Below, piece after piece: positions 40,010 to 53,235 of a stretch of DNA of 64,000 bases (positions within the stretch are counted from its first letter, which is position 1; every line of letters begins with the position of its first letter). This stretch comes from Rhynchobatus australiae (lineage: Eukaryota): positions 22,746,764 through 22,810,763 of the forward strand of contig JAUZTB010000066.1 in the NCBI GenBank assembly GCA_034780895.1, given 5' to 3'. The position numbers and the translations under genes were made by a program. The notes beneath the pieces were generated by a model that did not search any database, was not told the origin of the DNA, and saw nothing but the letters and a program-made list of their open reading frames with translations.

Positions 40010-40435
40010 AGAAAGGGACGTATTCCTGTAGCCTCAATCAGGACATCCCAAAGTACTTGTGCAGTTTAGTTACTGCTGTAATCTGGGAAATGCAGCAGTC
40101 AGTTTAGGCAAGGAAAGCTCCTACAGCAGCAATGTAGTAATGAGAAGGTAGTCTTTTTTTAATGATGTTTGCTGAACAATAAACATTAGCCAGGATTCTG
40201 GAGATAGTTCCTCTGCTTTTCATAGAAGTAATGCTACAACACTAGTTACATACGCTTAAGTGGGCACGTGGGCCTTGGTTTAATGCAGTTCTTCTGTCGG
40301 TGCAGAAGCCCTTCAGTACTACAGNNNNNNNNNCAGCCTAGAATCTTATGCTTGGGTTTCCAGACTGGGATTGGAACCTACAAACTTCTGACATGGAGGT
40401 AAAAGTATTAACATCTGAACCACAAAGATACCTAA
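40010..40435 (-). mobile_element. Decayed Deu-domain SINE
   Basis: AGGACATCCCAAAG, ATAAACATTAGCCAGGA, GGGCCTTGGTTTAATG and GTGCAGAAGCCCTTCAGTACT. Confidence 0.65.
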
Positions 40436-40699
40436 TGCTCCTTAGTTGTTCATCTAGTTGCATCAATTATAGCGATTATCAGCATGCTGGGGATAAAACA
40501 AAAGGACACAACATAGTGAACACTGGTGCTGCACTTAATCTGCAGGCATCAATTTACACAAGGAGCTCTAGCTAATTTTTGCATCAGATGATTCATAACG
40601 GATCAGAAATCAGAACTGGGAGCTTGTTGGACTGCATAGTTCAACGAACCACTAGAAAAGTGATTGGAGTCAGAAATAAATACAAAATCAAATCCTGCT

Positions 40700-40818
40700 G
40701 AAATAAACACAGACAATGCCTTTGAAATGAAAGGTCAATGCCCTAAATGTCAATATTGTTTCTGTCCTCATAGATGTTGCCTGACATGCTGAGTATTTAC
40801 AGCATTTTCTGTTTTTCT
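40700..40818. mobile_element. Partial Penelope-derived element
   Basis: ATGAAAGGTCAATGCCCTAAATGTC...CATAGATGTTGCCTGACATGCTGAGTATTTACAGCATTTTCTG. Confidence 0.65.
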
Positions 40819-41539
40819 TTGAGACAGATGCATGCTATATGTAAATGCATGATGTCATTGCATAGAATATTTGATCATGTGTATCGCTTTGTGCATGTGC
40901 ACGTCTGAGATGAACCTTGAATAAACCACAAACACCTTTCTGAGCTCTCTGTGTTTCCCACAGATTACTCGGCACACTGCATGTTACTCTGCTGGAGACC
41001 GGCGACCCACAGGGATCTATACATTACAAAATGTGCAGATGTTTTGTGATAAATTTGTGTCTGCGACTCCTGCGCAAGTTAATGCTCAGGGCTGTAATAC
41101 TCTCAAAACATTGGTGATCTAAATTACATGCACATTTCAAATACTATGAAAAGAAATCACATGGAGCTGTTACATCAAACTGGTATCAAATAGCTTGATA
41201 CTATTGTATTGGAAGCAGGCCAAACCCTTTCACTAATGGCAGAACAGGACCCAGCTGTTTGATGCATCAGCTTTGGTCTTATGATAAAGCTGAATTTCTT
41301 TGTCATATTAAACCTAGACTTTAGGAATGAATGTCCATTAATCTGGGTATGACTGTTGTTTTCCCTCAACATACTTCCACTACAAATTAGATATTGTGCA
41401 GCATTTTTCCTTAGATGGCAGGACTTGCTATAAAGTACTTGAGAGCATCAACATCTGAAAGGCAAAATGATTATCTAGAAAATTATCAACATATTCAATG
41501 ACTTTTTTTGCCATCGATCACCAGCGTGTAATGTTTTGG

Positions 41540-42560
41540 ACTTTTAAGGTTGTAAACGTCAGGGAAATAGTTTAACAATGAGGTGGGAGATCTGAATGTA
41601 TATTTCTATTTAGAGTGGAGAAAACGTAGCTTCTGCATGTAAACGTTACAGGACGAAAATGGCGGTGAATAATGGCACACAGTGACAGCTGTTAGACCAG
41701 GCAATGGTGAGGCCTGCTGCTTTCTCAGTGATAATTTAGCGCTGCTGTGTAATTCCATCTTTCCTCCCCTGGATGGAGATCCACAGGCAGATGGTAAGAG
41801 CTGAAAGCTCTCTGTAGAATAATCTCAGCAGCATGCAGAATGCACTTCCGAGAAGTTGGGCCTCCATGGGCATTTTATGACAGCTTAATGTGCATCGTTC
41901 ACATTTGCTCATTTCAATTTCGCATTATATAAAAGCAGTTTAAAATGCCAGTTGTGGTGCTGTAAAATGTTCGCTTTAGTGTTTATCTTTCTTGTTATCA
42001 AAAACCAATGCTGAATAATGAAGCTGAAGCTTTGCCCTTTGGTAGCACGATAGCTCATTACCCAAGAGCTGCCTCCATCTGCACTCATGGGTGCTTTGGG
42101 AGCCATTATGATTATGGTGGAAATCTCAGAAGCCATTATCAAGAGGAGACAGAGGGCTTACTGTAGACTGCCTAATGGGCTAATTTGTAATTGGGAGAGG
42201 GAAATAAGTTACTAGCTATAGCTTTATTTGATGGAGTGTGGCAGAGTGCATGCTAAATGTGATAAATGAGCAGGAAGGCTTGTTTGCACAATGGGTTTTA
42301 CAAAGCCTCTTTTCTCCCGAGCATTGGCAACATGCTGACTGGTTTTGCGATTCGAGGGAAAGGAAACTCTGGGGAGTAGGTGAAGGTGCAAGAAGTGTTG
42401 TTAAATGGCAATATCATGAAGGAAGCTAATGGCAAGGAAAAGCCCTCCAGACTGCCTACTTTTGCACGCAATTATGGAGCTGATTTTTGAGATAAAAATA
42501 TATCAATGTGAATTTGAAATAATAATCTAATTTTGTGTTTTTACCATTAGAGGAGGTTTA
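41540..42560. promoter_or_regulatory. Candidate conserved non-coding element / developmental enhancer
   Basis: No recognisable TE. Motifs: AAAATGGCGG (41656), TGACAGCTG (41683), TTCCGAGAA (41846), TTTTATGACAG (41873) and many TAAT/ATTA. Conservation is inferred, not tested. Confidence 0.4.
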
Positions 42561-44419
42561 TGCTCATTAAAACTTGGGTTGAACACACAAATATGTTTCC
42601 ATGTAATCATGTGACTGCCTGAAAGGTAAATTGAGGGCATTTTGAGTAACCAGGAATGTATCATTATAACTGTGTGATATTAGAGTTTGTTAGTGGACTA
42701 TAGACTCATATATTTATGTTCTGGGAGAGGGATGTTTCTCCTGGCTATGTTTTAATGCAAGTCATTGCAACATATAATATTTTTCAGGTATAAAATGTGT
42801 GAAGATCCAAGATAAAATAAAAAGGGCAAAGAAGCAACTCGGTACATGAAGTTGTAAGACAGTGAAATTCTTTTCTACCCATTTGCAGAATCAACATCAG
42901 TACTCGTGATTAGATTGGCAAGCTACATTCAAGAAAAAAAGGATATAGAAAAGATTGGTAAATGTGATACAGCTATTGCCATACATGAAAAGTTGAATGT
43001 CCAGTTACTACGATGAAACACATGTAATATTAGGTTGGGATTCATCTGATGAATAAAAGGGAAGCTTCATTTGCTTGGGAATGATTAAGAATAAGGTCAT
43101 AAGCTGAAATAAGACATTTAAGAATGTTCAGATGAGGGAGAAATAATCATTTGTAACATGAATAATACCCCTTGATTTTTAGTTGCATGTTGGGCTTATT
43201 AAGCATGAAAACATCAATCAGCATTGCTGACAAAAATAATTATCTGCTCATAATCATTTTGCTGTTTGAGAGCTTAGAGCTTGGAGATTAGTTGTGTTCT
43301 CTGCAAATGCAACAGTGAAATTACAAAATACTTTCCTGAGGTTGTGAAAGTTCAAGTCCATCTTTATTTCTCATTCTTTTCTGCCCTAAAATAGGATTCA
43401 CCATTAGATTAATTTAGTTAGAAAATTGTGATAAGACAATAGTGCTTTCCTTTATCTAATAAATTTAATATAGTAACAGTCAATGTATTTTCTTTCTCAG
43501 GAAAGCACTTACAGCAGGTCACTGTAGAGGTTACTGAAAGTTTATTCCCCCCTCCCCCCAAGTTTAAGAATAAGTTTAAAGAGGCAGGGTTTTAAAAAAA
43601 CAGGTAACACACATTAGGGGAGAAGTTCCACACAGTGGAGCTATGTTGAGAGGTGGGTGATATTATTAACTGTAAGCTGAAGGGTGATCAGAAGGGAGAC
43701 TGCAAGCGGTTGCAGAAGCAGGTGTGGTTAAGGCTGTGGAGGGGTTGGAATATGAGGGATTTTAAGTTCAAGGTTGCAATGCAGTACAACTGGGCTGGAA
43801 TTAAAAGCTGATCAAAAATTAGCAAACAACAGAATATAATTGCCTGAATCATTGATAAGTTAAAATGGAATGAGCAACTTGCATTTCTTAGTATTGAATT
43901 TGTGTGTTCTCTTTAAAACTATGACAAAATAAAATATGATAGCAATAATGTAAATTTTGAAAGGCAGAGTGATGAGCTGTGGCAGGTTGTGATGTGTGGT
44001 AGATATTTTACTTGGTGATTTATCTTAAGAATCCAAGATGGACAGCAAAATGTGTCAGCTGATAACATTGTCAATTTGTAGCAACAGCTGATGGTTTTTC
44101 AGATTGACATAGCCTGACAAGAAGTGTCTAAAACCATTGCATTGCTGAATAGATATTCTTTTAAACAATGAGTTTATGAAAACATGCATGGCCATTAAAA
44201 AGCTATGATGAATGATAATCCACTCAATGTTCATTAGTTCTTTTTTTTCAGTGTGCTAAAACAAGAGCAAAAATTAAAACCAAGCAGGCTAATTTCCATT
44301 TCTGTCAGTGGCTACAAAAATATATAGATTTAATGAGCTTTGGATTTTCCTTTATTGTGGAAATACTGCAAACTCTTGCCATTCATGTATGTAGATTTTA
44401 AAGCTTTCAAGAATATCAA

Positions 44420-45075
44420 TTCAGGTAAAGGATTGGGTCATCCAACCCCTAAAAGCCAGTCCACTTTCAATGATATCATGGCTGATCAATGCACTAACTC
44501 TTACCTTTGGTGCATATCCTACTTATTCTGACATTCTCAAAATCTGCACATCCAGCCTCTTTTGGGAGAGAGACTTCCACTACCCTTTAAATGAAATCAA
44601 AGTACTTCCTAGCTTCACTTCAATTGTTTGGCCCTAACTTTATGAATGGTTATAGGATGGAGATGGTTATTCAGTCCATTAAAGCCTGTTTTGTTTCAGA
44701 GCAATGTTTTAATTTCATTCCCCCACCATTTCTATATAGTCTGCAAATTCTTCCCCTTCAGATACTTATCCAACTTCCCTTTAAATTGAATCTGCTGCCC
44801 CTACTATGCTTGATAGTGCATTCCAGACCCAAAACTGGCTGCTTTAAAAGGCTTGTATCATGTCACTGGGTTATTTTGCTAATCATCTTCATTCCACATC
44901 CTCTGGTCTCTGACAATGGAAATGGTGTTTAGAACATGGAACATTACAGCACAATACAGGCCCTTCAGCCCACGATGCTGTGCTGACATTTTATTCCTGT
45001 TTTAAGATCTATCTAACCCTTCCCTCCCACATAGCCCTCCATTTCTCCATCATTCATGTAGCTGTCTCTTAAATG
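44420..45075 (-). mobile_element. Cluster of CR1 3' fragments
   Basis: Several reversed tails, the clearest AGAACATGGAACATTACAGCACAATACAGGCCCTTCAGCCCAC (44931 onward). Confidence 0.7.
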
Positions 45076-45304
45076 NNNNNNNNNNNNNNNNNNNNNNNNN
45101 NNNNNNNNNNNNNNNNNNNNNNNNNNNNNNNNNNNNNNNNNNNNNNNNNNNNNNNNNNNNNNNNNNNNNNNNNNNATGAAAAAGCAAAAGGCCAAGAAGT
45201 TTTTGTGCACATGCAGATGCTTGCTAAAATGGCATCAGTTTTGTGTAGAGAAGCAATTTTCTTTTGTAGTTAATGTGTCTGGTGTCAAACACATAAGCAT
45301 TCGG

Positions 45305-45410
45305 AAGTGCAACACTCAAAACATTGGAGGAACTCAGCAGGTCAGGCAGCATCTATGGAGGGAAATGGACAGTCAACGTTTCAGGTCAAGACCCTTCACC
45401 TGGACCGAAA
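45305..45410. mobile_element. Half Penelope-derived element with well-preserved hammerhead-like 3' half on the minus strand
   Basis: GGAGGAACTCAGCAGGTCAGGCAGCATCTATGGAG arm; minus strand reads CAGGTGA-AGGGTC-TT-GACCT-GAAACGTT-GACT. Confidence 0.7.
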
Positions 45411-45464
45411 CCCTCCCTCCTCTGGCATTTGAAGTAGTTGTACGCAGTGACCAGGCGTTATTAC

Positions 45465-45915
45465 ACATGAACATAAGAAATAGAAGCAAGAGTAGGCCAA
45501 TGGAACCTCTCGTGCTGCACTGGTATTCGATACAATCACGACTGATCTTCAGCATCAGTACCATTTCCCTGCACCAGCCCCACACCCTTTATTTTCCTTA
45601 ATATCTAAAAATCTGCTGATCTTAGTCTTGATTATCCTCAACTTCATTATCCTCAAATTATCCCCAGCTTGCTTAATCATTAAGGTATTTTCAAAAAACA
45701 TGAATGTAAAACCATCATCCCATATCACAGTCAGAGCTGTTATAGCAATGAGAACTACTTTATGAGTCATTGGGGTGAATTTGGGCCATCCTTTGCCTGC
45801 AGCTGGCAGTAGTCGCAGACTTCCAATCAGGAAAGCAACCTTCCACCACTACCCTCTGCCTCCTATCACCATGCCAATTTTGGATCCATTTAGCCAACTT
45901 GCCTTTTATTGGGTG
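45465..45915 (-). mobile_element. CR1 fragments (3' tail at 45465-45640, RT piece at 45800-45915)
   Basis: Tail CATGAACATAAGAAATAGAAGCAAGAGTAGGCCA; minus ORF LAKWIQNWHGDRRQRVVVEGCFPDWK. Confidence 0.8.
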
Positions 45916-46164
45916 AAATGCAGATTTCAGTGGTGGCCTTCCCAAAGAAGGCTCAGATAACTTGTGTTGCAGCAGGCTTTCTTCCTTCTACTTAATTCTG
46001 CTCCCGCAATTAATGACTGCATCATTTCTGAAGCTTGTAAGCATGCTTAAATGTTCCAACAGCACTGTCTAACATGTTGCATGCTGATTGATGTCACATG
46101 CATCGAAGATCATGATACAGTTTCCCTTGTGCTCTATCTGCTCATGTAAGTGCCAATGACATTC

Positions 46165-46365
46165 ACAGAATCAGAAAACACTAGGCAGGTAAGGCAGCAT
46201 CAATGCAAAGAAAAACATAGTTAATGTCTCAGATCTGAGACCCTACATCAGATTTGAAACAATAATTCTGTTTCTCTTTCCACAGATGCTGCCTTTCCAG
46301 CTGATCATCTCTAGCATTTCCTGTTTTTATTTCAGGTTTCCAACATCTGTAATTTTTTGATTTTT
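46165..46365. mobile_element. Palindromic Penelope-derived element
   Basis: GCAGGTAAGGCAGCATC ... CCACAGATGCTGCC arms; centre partly deleted. Confidence 0.7.
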
Positions 46366-49300
46366 CAATCACATTTAGCAGCCATTTTGCAGCTACAAAT
46401 CTGTTGCATTGTGATTAACGTGTGCTGGACAACAGAATTTCCAGTCTGTAATCTTTAGAAACAGGCATGGGCTATTCCTTTTTCATGGCCATTGCATTCT
46501 ACCCACCTTATTCCTCAACTGTTCTCCAGAGATTCAACTAGTTGCCTTGTGAACCAATTTATTGTCAGCTTCAATAGGAAAGCTAAAGAGAGCTTTCAAG
46601 AATGCAGCTGAAGATCATAGTTCTCTTGAATTGTATTGCATCGGTACCTCTGGTTGCTCTGGGAATTGGCATCAGAGTATGCAACAAAAATAAGAGAGTT
46701 GTGCCTATAACATAATGTGCCGATTTTACTTTTGGCCATATGGATGACTCATATGGGGATAATAGTCAGGTTTACTCTCCGAAAATGATCCAATTTATTT
46801 TGAGCCACATGACTCCAGAATAAAGATGTTTTGTCTGGTCAGATATCCAAGGGAGGGCAAAACTACTTGATTCAAATACAAGTATCTTTTGGATTTTATT
46901 TGTATTTATATTTGATCTAAAGCTCTTTTTGAGTCTAAATTTCCTTTGTCCCAGACTAATTTTGAGGTAATTTTCCAGCCTGTCTGCTGAGTTGTCCATC
47001 TAAAGTCACTGGAGAAAGAAAAGCCTGAGAGACTCAATAGACTGTTAGCAACATCACATAAAGGTTAATAGTCAAGGGCTTTGAGTCTGGGCCAGTTTAT
47101 GTTGCTTATTAGCACAGCATATGTGACCATTTATTATTTTTTATCTTCTGTGGAGGGATAGTTAGACATATAACTACTGTAAATCTACGGTATGGTGTTG
47201 CTTCTGCTCAATTATCCATTTACTATTTAATAAATCTGCTTGGCAGTTTATTGCTGAGATACAGTTCAGTGAGGAGATATTCTATCGAGTAAGAACTTTC
47301 TTTCCTGGGATTGCTCTATAATTCCCATGATATTGGGTAGATAAAGGGCAGGTCATAGCTGAAGAACTCACCCATGAGAGTGGCTTGGAGGACTAAAATC
47401 AGAAATTTTTGGGGGGTGACAATCATAAAATACCCGTGACAAGCCGGCCACTGCACACGCACAATCTTCCTGCACCATTGTGTCAGCACTTTTTGTCTGA
47501 ATAACATTGCAGGATTTAATCAGAGAAAATATGCCATTTGTTTGCAGGATTTATGTTTACAATGCTGCTGCCAGGAATTGATTAGAGCAAAAAATGTCTT
47601 TAAAATCCACAAAGTTGGGCAGGTACAAGCACAGTGTACTGATTAGCCAGTGTTGGACTATAGCANNNNNNNNNNNNNNNNNNNNNNNNNNNNNNNNNNN
47701 NNNNNNNNNNNNNNNNNNNNNNNNNNNNNNNNNNNNNNNNNNNNNNNNNNNNNNNNNNNNNNNNNTAGCCAGTGTTGGACTATAGCAGATCAACAGAGTA
47801 AGGGTAATATTGAGCTTTCCAGGCCACGACTGATGTGGTGAGATGCATCGAGGAGTGCAAGGTAATCAGATGGGTGAAGATCAATATAAAAGCAGCTCTG
47901 ACCTTTCCTGGTAACTTACTGCACAATTCTGTTGACCTTTGGTGACGAAGCTTATTTTTCACTTTGAGTTCTTCTAATTTAATTTTTAAGTTGTATACCT
48001 ACTGTTAAAAACTTCATTGCTTGGGGAAAAAAATTGACAACATCAATTTTGTCATTTCTCCCTTCCTCTTCAAAGCTTCAATTGAGTTGCTACAAAACAA
48101 ACTAAATTTCCTTAACCTCCCTTTACAACTCAGCCTTCTTATTCTGACAGTATCTTTGTTGCTCATCATTATCCTTTGAAGGGCAATAATATCTATTCAG
48201 TGTTTCATTAATATAAATTATACAATATAAATGAGTTAAATTAGACATGTTATATTATACTCTCGATTGACTCTGTCAGGATATGACCCCTTCTCATTAC
48301 CAGATTGACATGGAGTTAAGTAAGAATAAGATTGGTTGAGGCTCAGGAACAAGTTAACATGTAACACAGCTCCGCTATATAAATTGGAAGGACTAAGTTG
48401 CTTTTATGAAACACACCACACAGAAAGCACTTCATATAGAATCAATTACTTTAAAGCACAGTCGCCGTTGTTATGTAGACAAAAACATCAAGAGCAAAGG
48501 AAGGTTCAAGTTAAACAAACGCCATACTATATTTCAAATATGCTAACATTGTTTTTGAAAGTAAGAAGCAAGCAAAATTTGAGTCACTTTGCGAGCAGCT
48601 TCTCAGCAGGTCAGGTAATTTATTCTTTTTGAGTATCAAAACAATGTCTTTGCCAACCTTTTTGAATTGCTTTGTTATGTGCACAGTTAGTAAAGGAGAA
48701 CAGACAAAGAGGGAGAAGGAAAGGCTGAAGGCAGGATCTGAGGAATTGTAGTAATGTATTTATACCTTAGGCTGTGCAATCTGTTGTCAATCACAATCCA
48801 CCAGGGCTAGCAACCAGGACCTCCCTTCATCACAGCTCCTGACCTTAGAGTCCAGCCAGACATTTGGAGTCACAGTAATGGCTCAGTAATTGCTGGAGTG
48901 GGATATTGCCAGTAGAAGATGCCTTATCAGCACTTACTTCACTAGCTTTCTTATATAATTGATTGGGATAATGAACCCTAATTTCAGTGATTAATGGTGG
49001 GTAATCTTTTTTCAAAGATTATATTTGAACTGCCTTTCTGGCACTGAAGGTATGTTTGTACTGGGATATGTTCAGTGTGATTTCTGGAAGAATCAACTTG
49101 GGGAAGCTCGGTTCATCAGCTGAGGTGTGGGGAGTCGGTCCTCCAAATATGAGCAAAACATGTCAAAGCTCCCCTCCACTTTAGTAACCTTCATCTTCCA
49201 TTTCATGTATTCTGGTAGAATCCCACATCCCATAAATTTCAACTCCTTGCATCTAAACTGCTACATCTATAGTTTATGCTCCTGATATTTGAGAGTGACT

Positions 49301-50124
49301 TTTTGCAGTCCCTGCCTGCTGCCTGCATGTGTTAATGTGGGGTCTGAGTTACTCGACCATTTTCCTCCCTTCCACCTGTTACTTCCAACCTGCAAGATCT
49401 GAGGAAACACTTATGAATGGCCTCAATTATCCCAATACAGAGACAAGGCTGAGCAGATTCCCCTTATTCCTCCAATTTTCTCCAATGCCCTATCTCCTGA
49501 ATGCTTCAGGCTTAATGTCACAAGATAGTACTGCTTCTTTATGAACTCTGAAAAGTGTTCTGGTTTTGTTCTTAGCTCCAGAGTTTGACCTGTTGATTCA
49601 TCACTGCCTGAATGAGCACAAATATCCCCAGTCAAAACTCATTCACTGGCTGCAGTGAGCCTTTTGTCTGATACACTCAGATAATTTCCAAGTTCTATCA
49701 ATGGGTTTAAATGTCTTCCACTTACATTCACTGGAAATGATGGAGCTGAATATTGCGCGTCTGCTTGGGACATAATTTAGAGGATCGATTCATCTGTCTT
49801 AATTTCTGTTGCATTGAATTCAGTGGGAAGTGAAGAATACTAGATTACCAGCTATCAGGTAAAGATAAAGGTTGTGCTTTGCCTACTATGGTTTGTTTGT
49901 GGTGAATGTCTTCATATGCTATTGAATTGAAATATTATGTAGTTTAGTTGGAAAATGCACAGGGAAAATGATCGCTGGTCAGTGCAAGAGTTTGAATATA
50001 AAATCTATTCCCATCCCATTCCTGCACTGACTTCTCTGCCTTTGGTGTCCTCCGCTGTCCCAACAAAGCTCAACATAAACTTGAGAAAGAAAAACTTGGA
50101 ACTTATTTTATTTCTAACCTTTCC

Positions 50125-50240
50125 TAGTTCTAATGTAAGGTCATCAACCTGTAGCATTAACTGTGGTTCTCACTCCACAAGTGCTGCCTGACCTAGTGCT
50201 ATTATTTCAGATTTCCAGCATGTCCATTATTTTGCTTTCA
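50125..50240. mobile_element. Half Penelope-derived element
   Basis: AGTTCTAATGTAAGGTCATCAACCTGTAGCATTAACT...CCACAAGTGCTGCCTGACCT. Confidence 0.65.
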
Positions 50241-50804
50241 GATTGGTGGTTTTTAATATGCCAGCCTTGTGGAGGGACAAACAAAATGAGTCAAGAGTTC
50301 CCATATCCATCGATAACTTACTTAGAAGTGTCCAGATAAAGTAAATTGGATCGGCGTGCACACATTATATGGTCAGATCAAAATGCCAAACATTAGCATA
50401 ACATTTACATTAAACCAGAACTTCTAGTGGCTGGAAAAATTGATCCAATGGTTTNNNNNNNNNNNNNNNNNNNNNNNNNNNNNNNNNNNNNNNNNNNNNN
50501 NNNNNNNNNNNNNNNNNNNNNNNNNNNNNNNNNNNNNNNNNNNNNNNNNNNNNNCACATTCAACTTTACCTGCAGAGTTCTTTGGAGTTCAAGTTGAACC
50601 CTCCAAGATTCTGGACCAAAAACAATATCATATTGTGGTTGTCTGCTGTTGAATCAGTCAGCTTTCTCATATTTAAAATCTGTCCTGACATAACATGTGG
50701 TCAGACTGGTGGGCATCCTGATAAGGATAATATCACCATATATTCATCATTACTAGGTGAAAATGCTGGAACAATTCCCAACAGCATTGTTTTCAGTCAC
50801 AGTA

Positions 50805-51129
50805 ACAGCACAGAGTGGTGTAGCTATTAGAGTAGCTGCCTCACAGCTCCAGCAACCTGGATTCAATCTTGACTTCCAGTTCTGTGTGGAGTTTGCATGT
50901 TTTTCCTGTGTTTGGACAGTCCAGTTTCCTTCCACATCCCAACAGCATACAGGTTGGTAGGTATTTTGTCCTAATATCCAGGAGAGTGATAGAATCTGGG
51001 GGAGATGATGGGAATGCTGGAAGAATAAAATTGGACTTTGTATAGACTTGGTGTAAATGGATGCTTGATGGTCAGAGCAGACTCAGTAGGCTGAAGGGCC
51101 CATTTCCATGCAGTACGTCTCTGTGACTA
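50805..51129 (+). mobile_element. HE1-like V-SINE with CR1-derived tail
   Basis: tRNA-like head TGGTGTAGC...GCTGCCTCACAGCTCCAG...GGATTCAATC, V-core TGTGTGGAGTTTGCATGTT, tail GGCTGAAGGGCC...TCCATGCAGT. Confidence 0.8.
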
Positions 51130-52559
51130 ACTGCAATGATTTAAAAAGAAGGCCCACCACTGCATTCTCAAGAGAAACTAAATCCCAGCTTTGTCAGCGA
51201 AGCCCATATTCCAAGGATTAACTTTAAAAATTGAGGACAATGAATGCCAGATGTGATTCATAGCAAAGTACCCAATTCCTGCAGAACAAAACGTGTACAA
51301 TGAAATCCTCATTGTCTCTGTGCTGTTTATACTGCATTAGCCTCAGGATCAGGCCTGTAAAATCACTTACACACATGTACACAAAAAGTCTATTGCTTGT
51401 CTGTCTAGGGTTTCATGGGTATTGCCTCTAAAGCCAATGTCACAAATGACCTGGAACTAGTTCAAACACATTTGGAAGGGAATTTAATTTTAAAGCCTTT
51501 TTGGATTCCATTTCATTTAATATAAGTGATCCACTGGGATTTGGAAGCTTGGTGGGGATAACCATACAGTGTGCCAAAATGTGTGAATAATTATAGCAGT
51601 TACGATGTCTGCCAGAAAGCGTGGAATGTTCACGTTCTTGATTAAATTCAGTTAAACACGGCTGTAAATCATGGCTGCCACAGCTTGGCAGTCCAGGCCA
51701 GCAGTTGGCTTCAGCAGCTGGAGCAAACCCCACCTCTCCTTAAAAAGGGCAATCAGTCCCTTATTGGAGGAGCTCTGTCTTTAGAGCTTCATAATTAGTG
51801 GGAAAACAATAACTAGTTGCCAATTCTTCATCGTTTGGTTGGTTAGTTAACCAGTGATGAACCAGACATTTATGTATTTTATAGATTTAGACCATTTTGC
51901 CAGAGGGACTGCATTACAGGAATTAATATAGGATTGTGAGAGACTCATAAATCAACGTTGCTCCAGGCGTAAAGGAGTTATGACTCTTTCTCGTGAGTCA
52001 GTCAATGACACAAGTGTAATAGGCTATTTATTCTATGGGTTTGATTTAAATGCATGATGGAGTGCGATGCGCAGTGCAGGTGCAGGCTGCTGAATAATCA
52101 CTAAATGCGGATAATCCCGCAGACCAGAGGTGTGATACTTATCGCAAGAACCACAAAATAAACACCAAATAATAGAGCAGGAGGACTTGTGAAGGGAGTT
52201 GTGAGGAAGGTTTGGATCATTTTAGCCGCTTCCACTGACAGGTATTCTACAGTACTGTACAGTCGAGAATGGAACTCGATGGATTGATAAGAATATGAGA
52301 ATAATGACATTGGAATAAAGTTACCACTGGGGCATGGTTGACAGAACTGAGGAACACAGTCTACACTCGTTTAAGAAGTTTCAACACATGGAGTCAGACA
52401 GCTTGGAAACAGACCCTTCATCCCAACTGGTTGCTGCCCATAGACAGATGTTATTGCATTGACCATCTTGCATACTTACTTGGCTGCATTAGAAGTTGTT
52501 GGGCAGTCTGTTTTAGTATGTTGATCGATGAATTAAGAGGGCACCATGAATAAGTCTCC

Positions 52560-53235
52560 TGTTATTCTTTGAACTGGTTCTTTGGAAATTGAGAGCCTTG
52601 GTTTAAGACACCACCACTGATAGTGCAGCACGCCCTCTGTAAAGCAGTGAACCGCTCCCTCCGTACTGCAGTGCACCGCTCCCTCCGTACTGCAGTGCAC
52701 CTCTCCCTCCGTACTGCAGTGCACCACTCCNNNNNNNNNNNNNNNNNNNNNNNNNNNNNNNNNNNNNNNNNNNNNNNNNNNNNNNNNNNNNNNNNNNNNN
52801 NNNNNNNNNNNNNNNNNNNNNNNNNNNNNNGCTCCCTCCGTACTGCAGTGCACCGCTCCCTCCGTACTGCAGTGCACCACTCCCTCCGTACTGCAGTGCA
52901 GCACTCCCTCACTACTGCAGTGCAGCACTCCCTCACTACTGCAGTGCACTGCTCCCTCCGTACTGCAGTGCAGCACTCCCTCTGTACTGCAGTGCAGCAC
53001 TCCCTCACTACTGCAGTGCACCGCTCCCTCCGTACTGCAGTGCAGCACTCCCTCTGTACTGCGGTGCAGCACTCCCTCACTACTGCAGTGCACCGCTCCC
53101 TCCGTACTGCAGTGCACTGCTCCCTCACTAGTCTACTGCAGAATCAGCCTTGATGATTGTGCTTAACTTCGTAGAGTGGGACTTGAGGCCACAATCTCCT
53201 CACTCGATGCTTCCCGCTAAGCCCCAGCTGGCATT
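52560..53235 (-). mobile_element. Deu-domain SINE hosting an internal minisatellite
   Basis: Flanks GCCTTGGTTTAA...AGTGCAGCAC and TGTGCTTAA...GAGTGGGACTTGA resemble SINE sequence on either side of the array. Confidence 0.6.
52622..53129. repeat. 24-bp minisatellite, about 17 visible units, interrupted by a 100-N gap
   Basis: Unit GTGCAGCACTCCCTCCGTACTGCA; the ORF track shows an 8-aa period (CSTEGVLH). Confidence 0.95.

Noticed and set aside
52533-53153. Repetitive ORFs (CSTEGVLH)n and (CTAVRRE)n
   Set aside because: Translations of a 24-bp minisatellite that also cross an N-gap.
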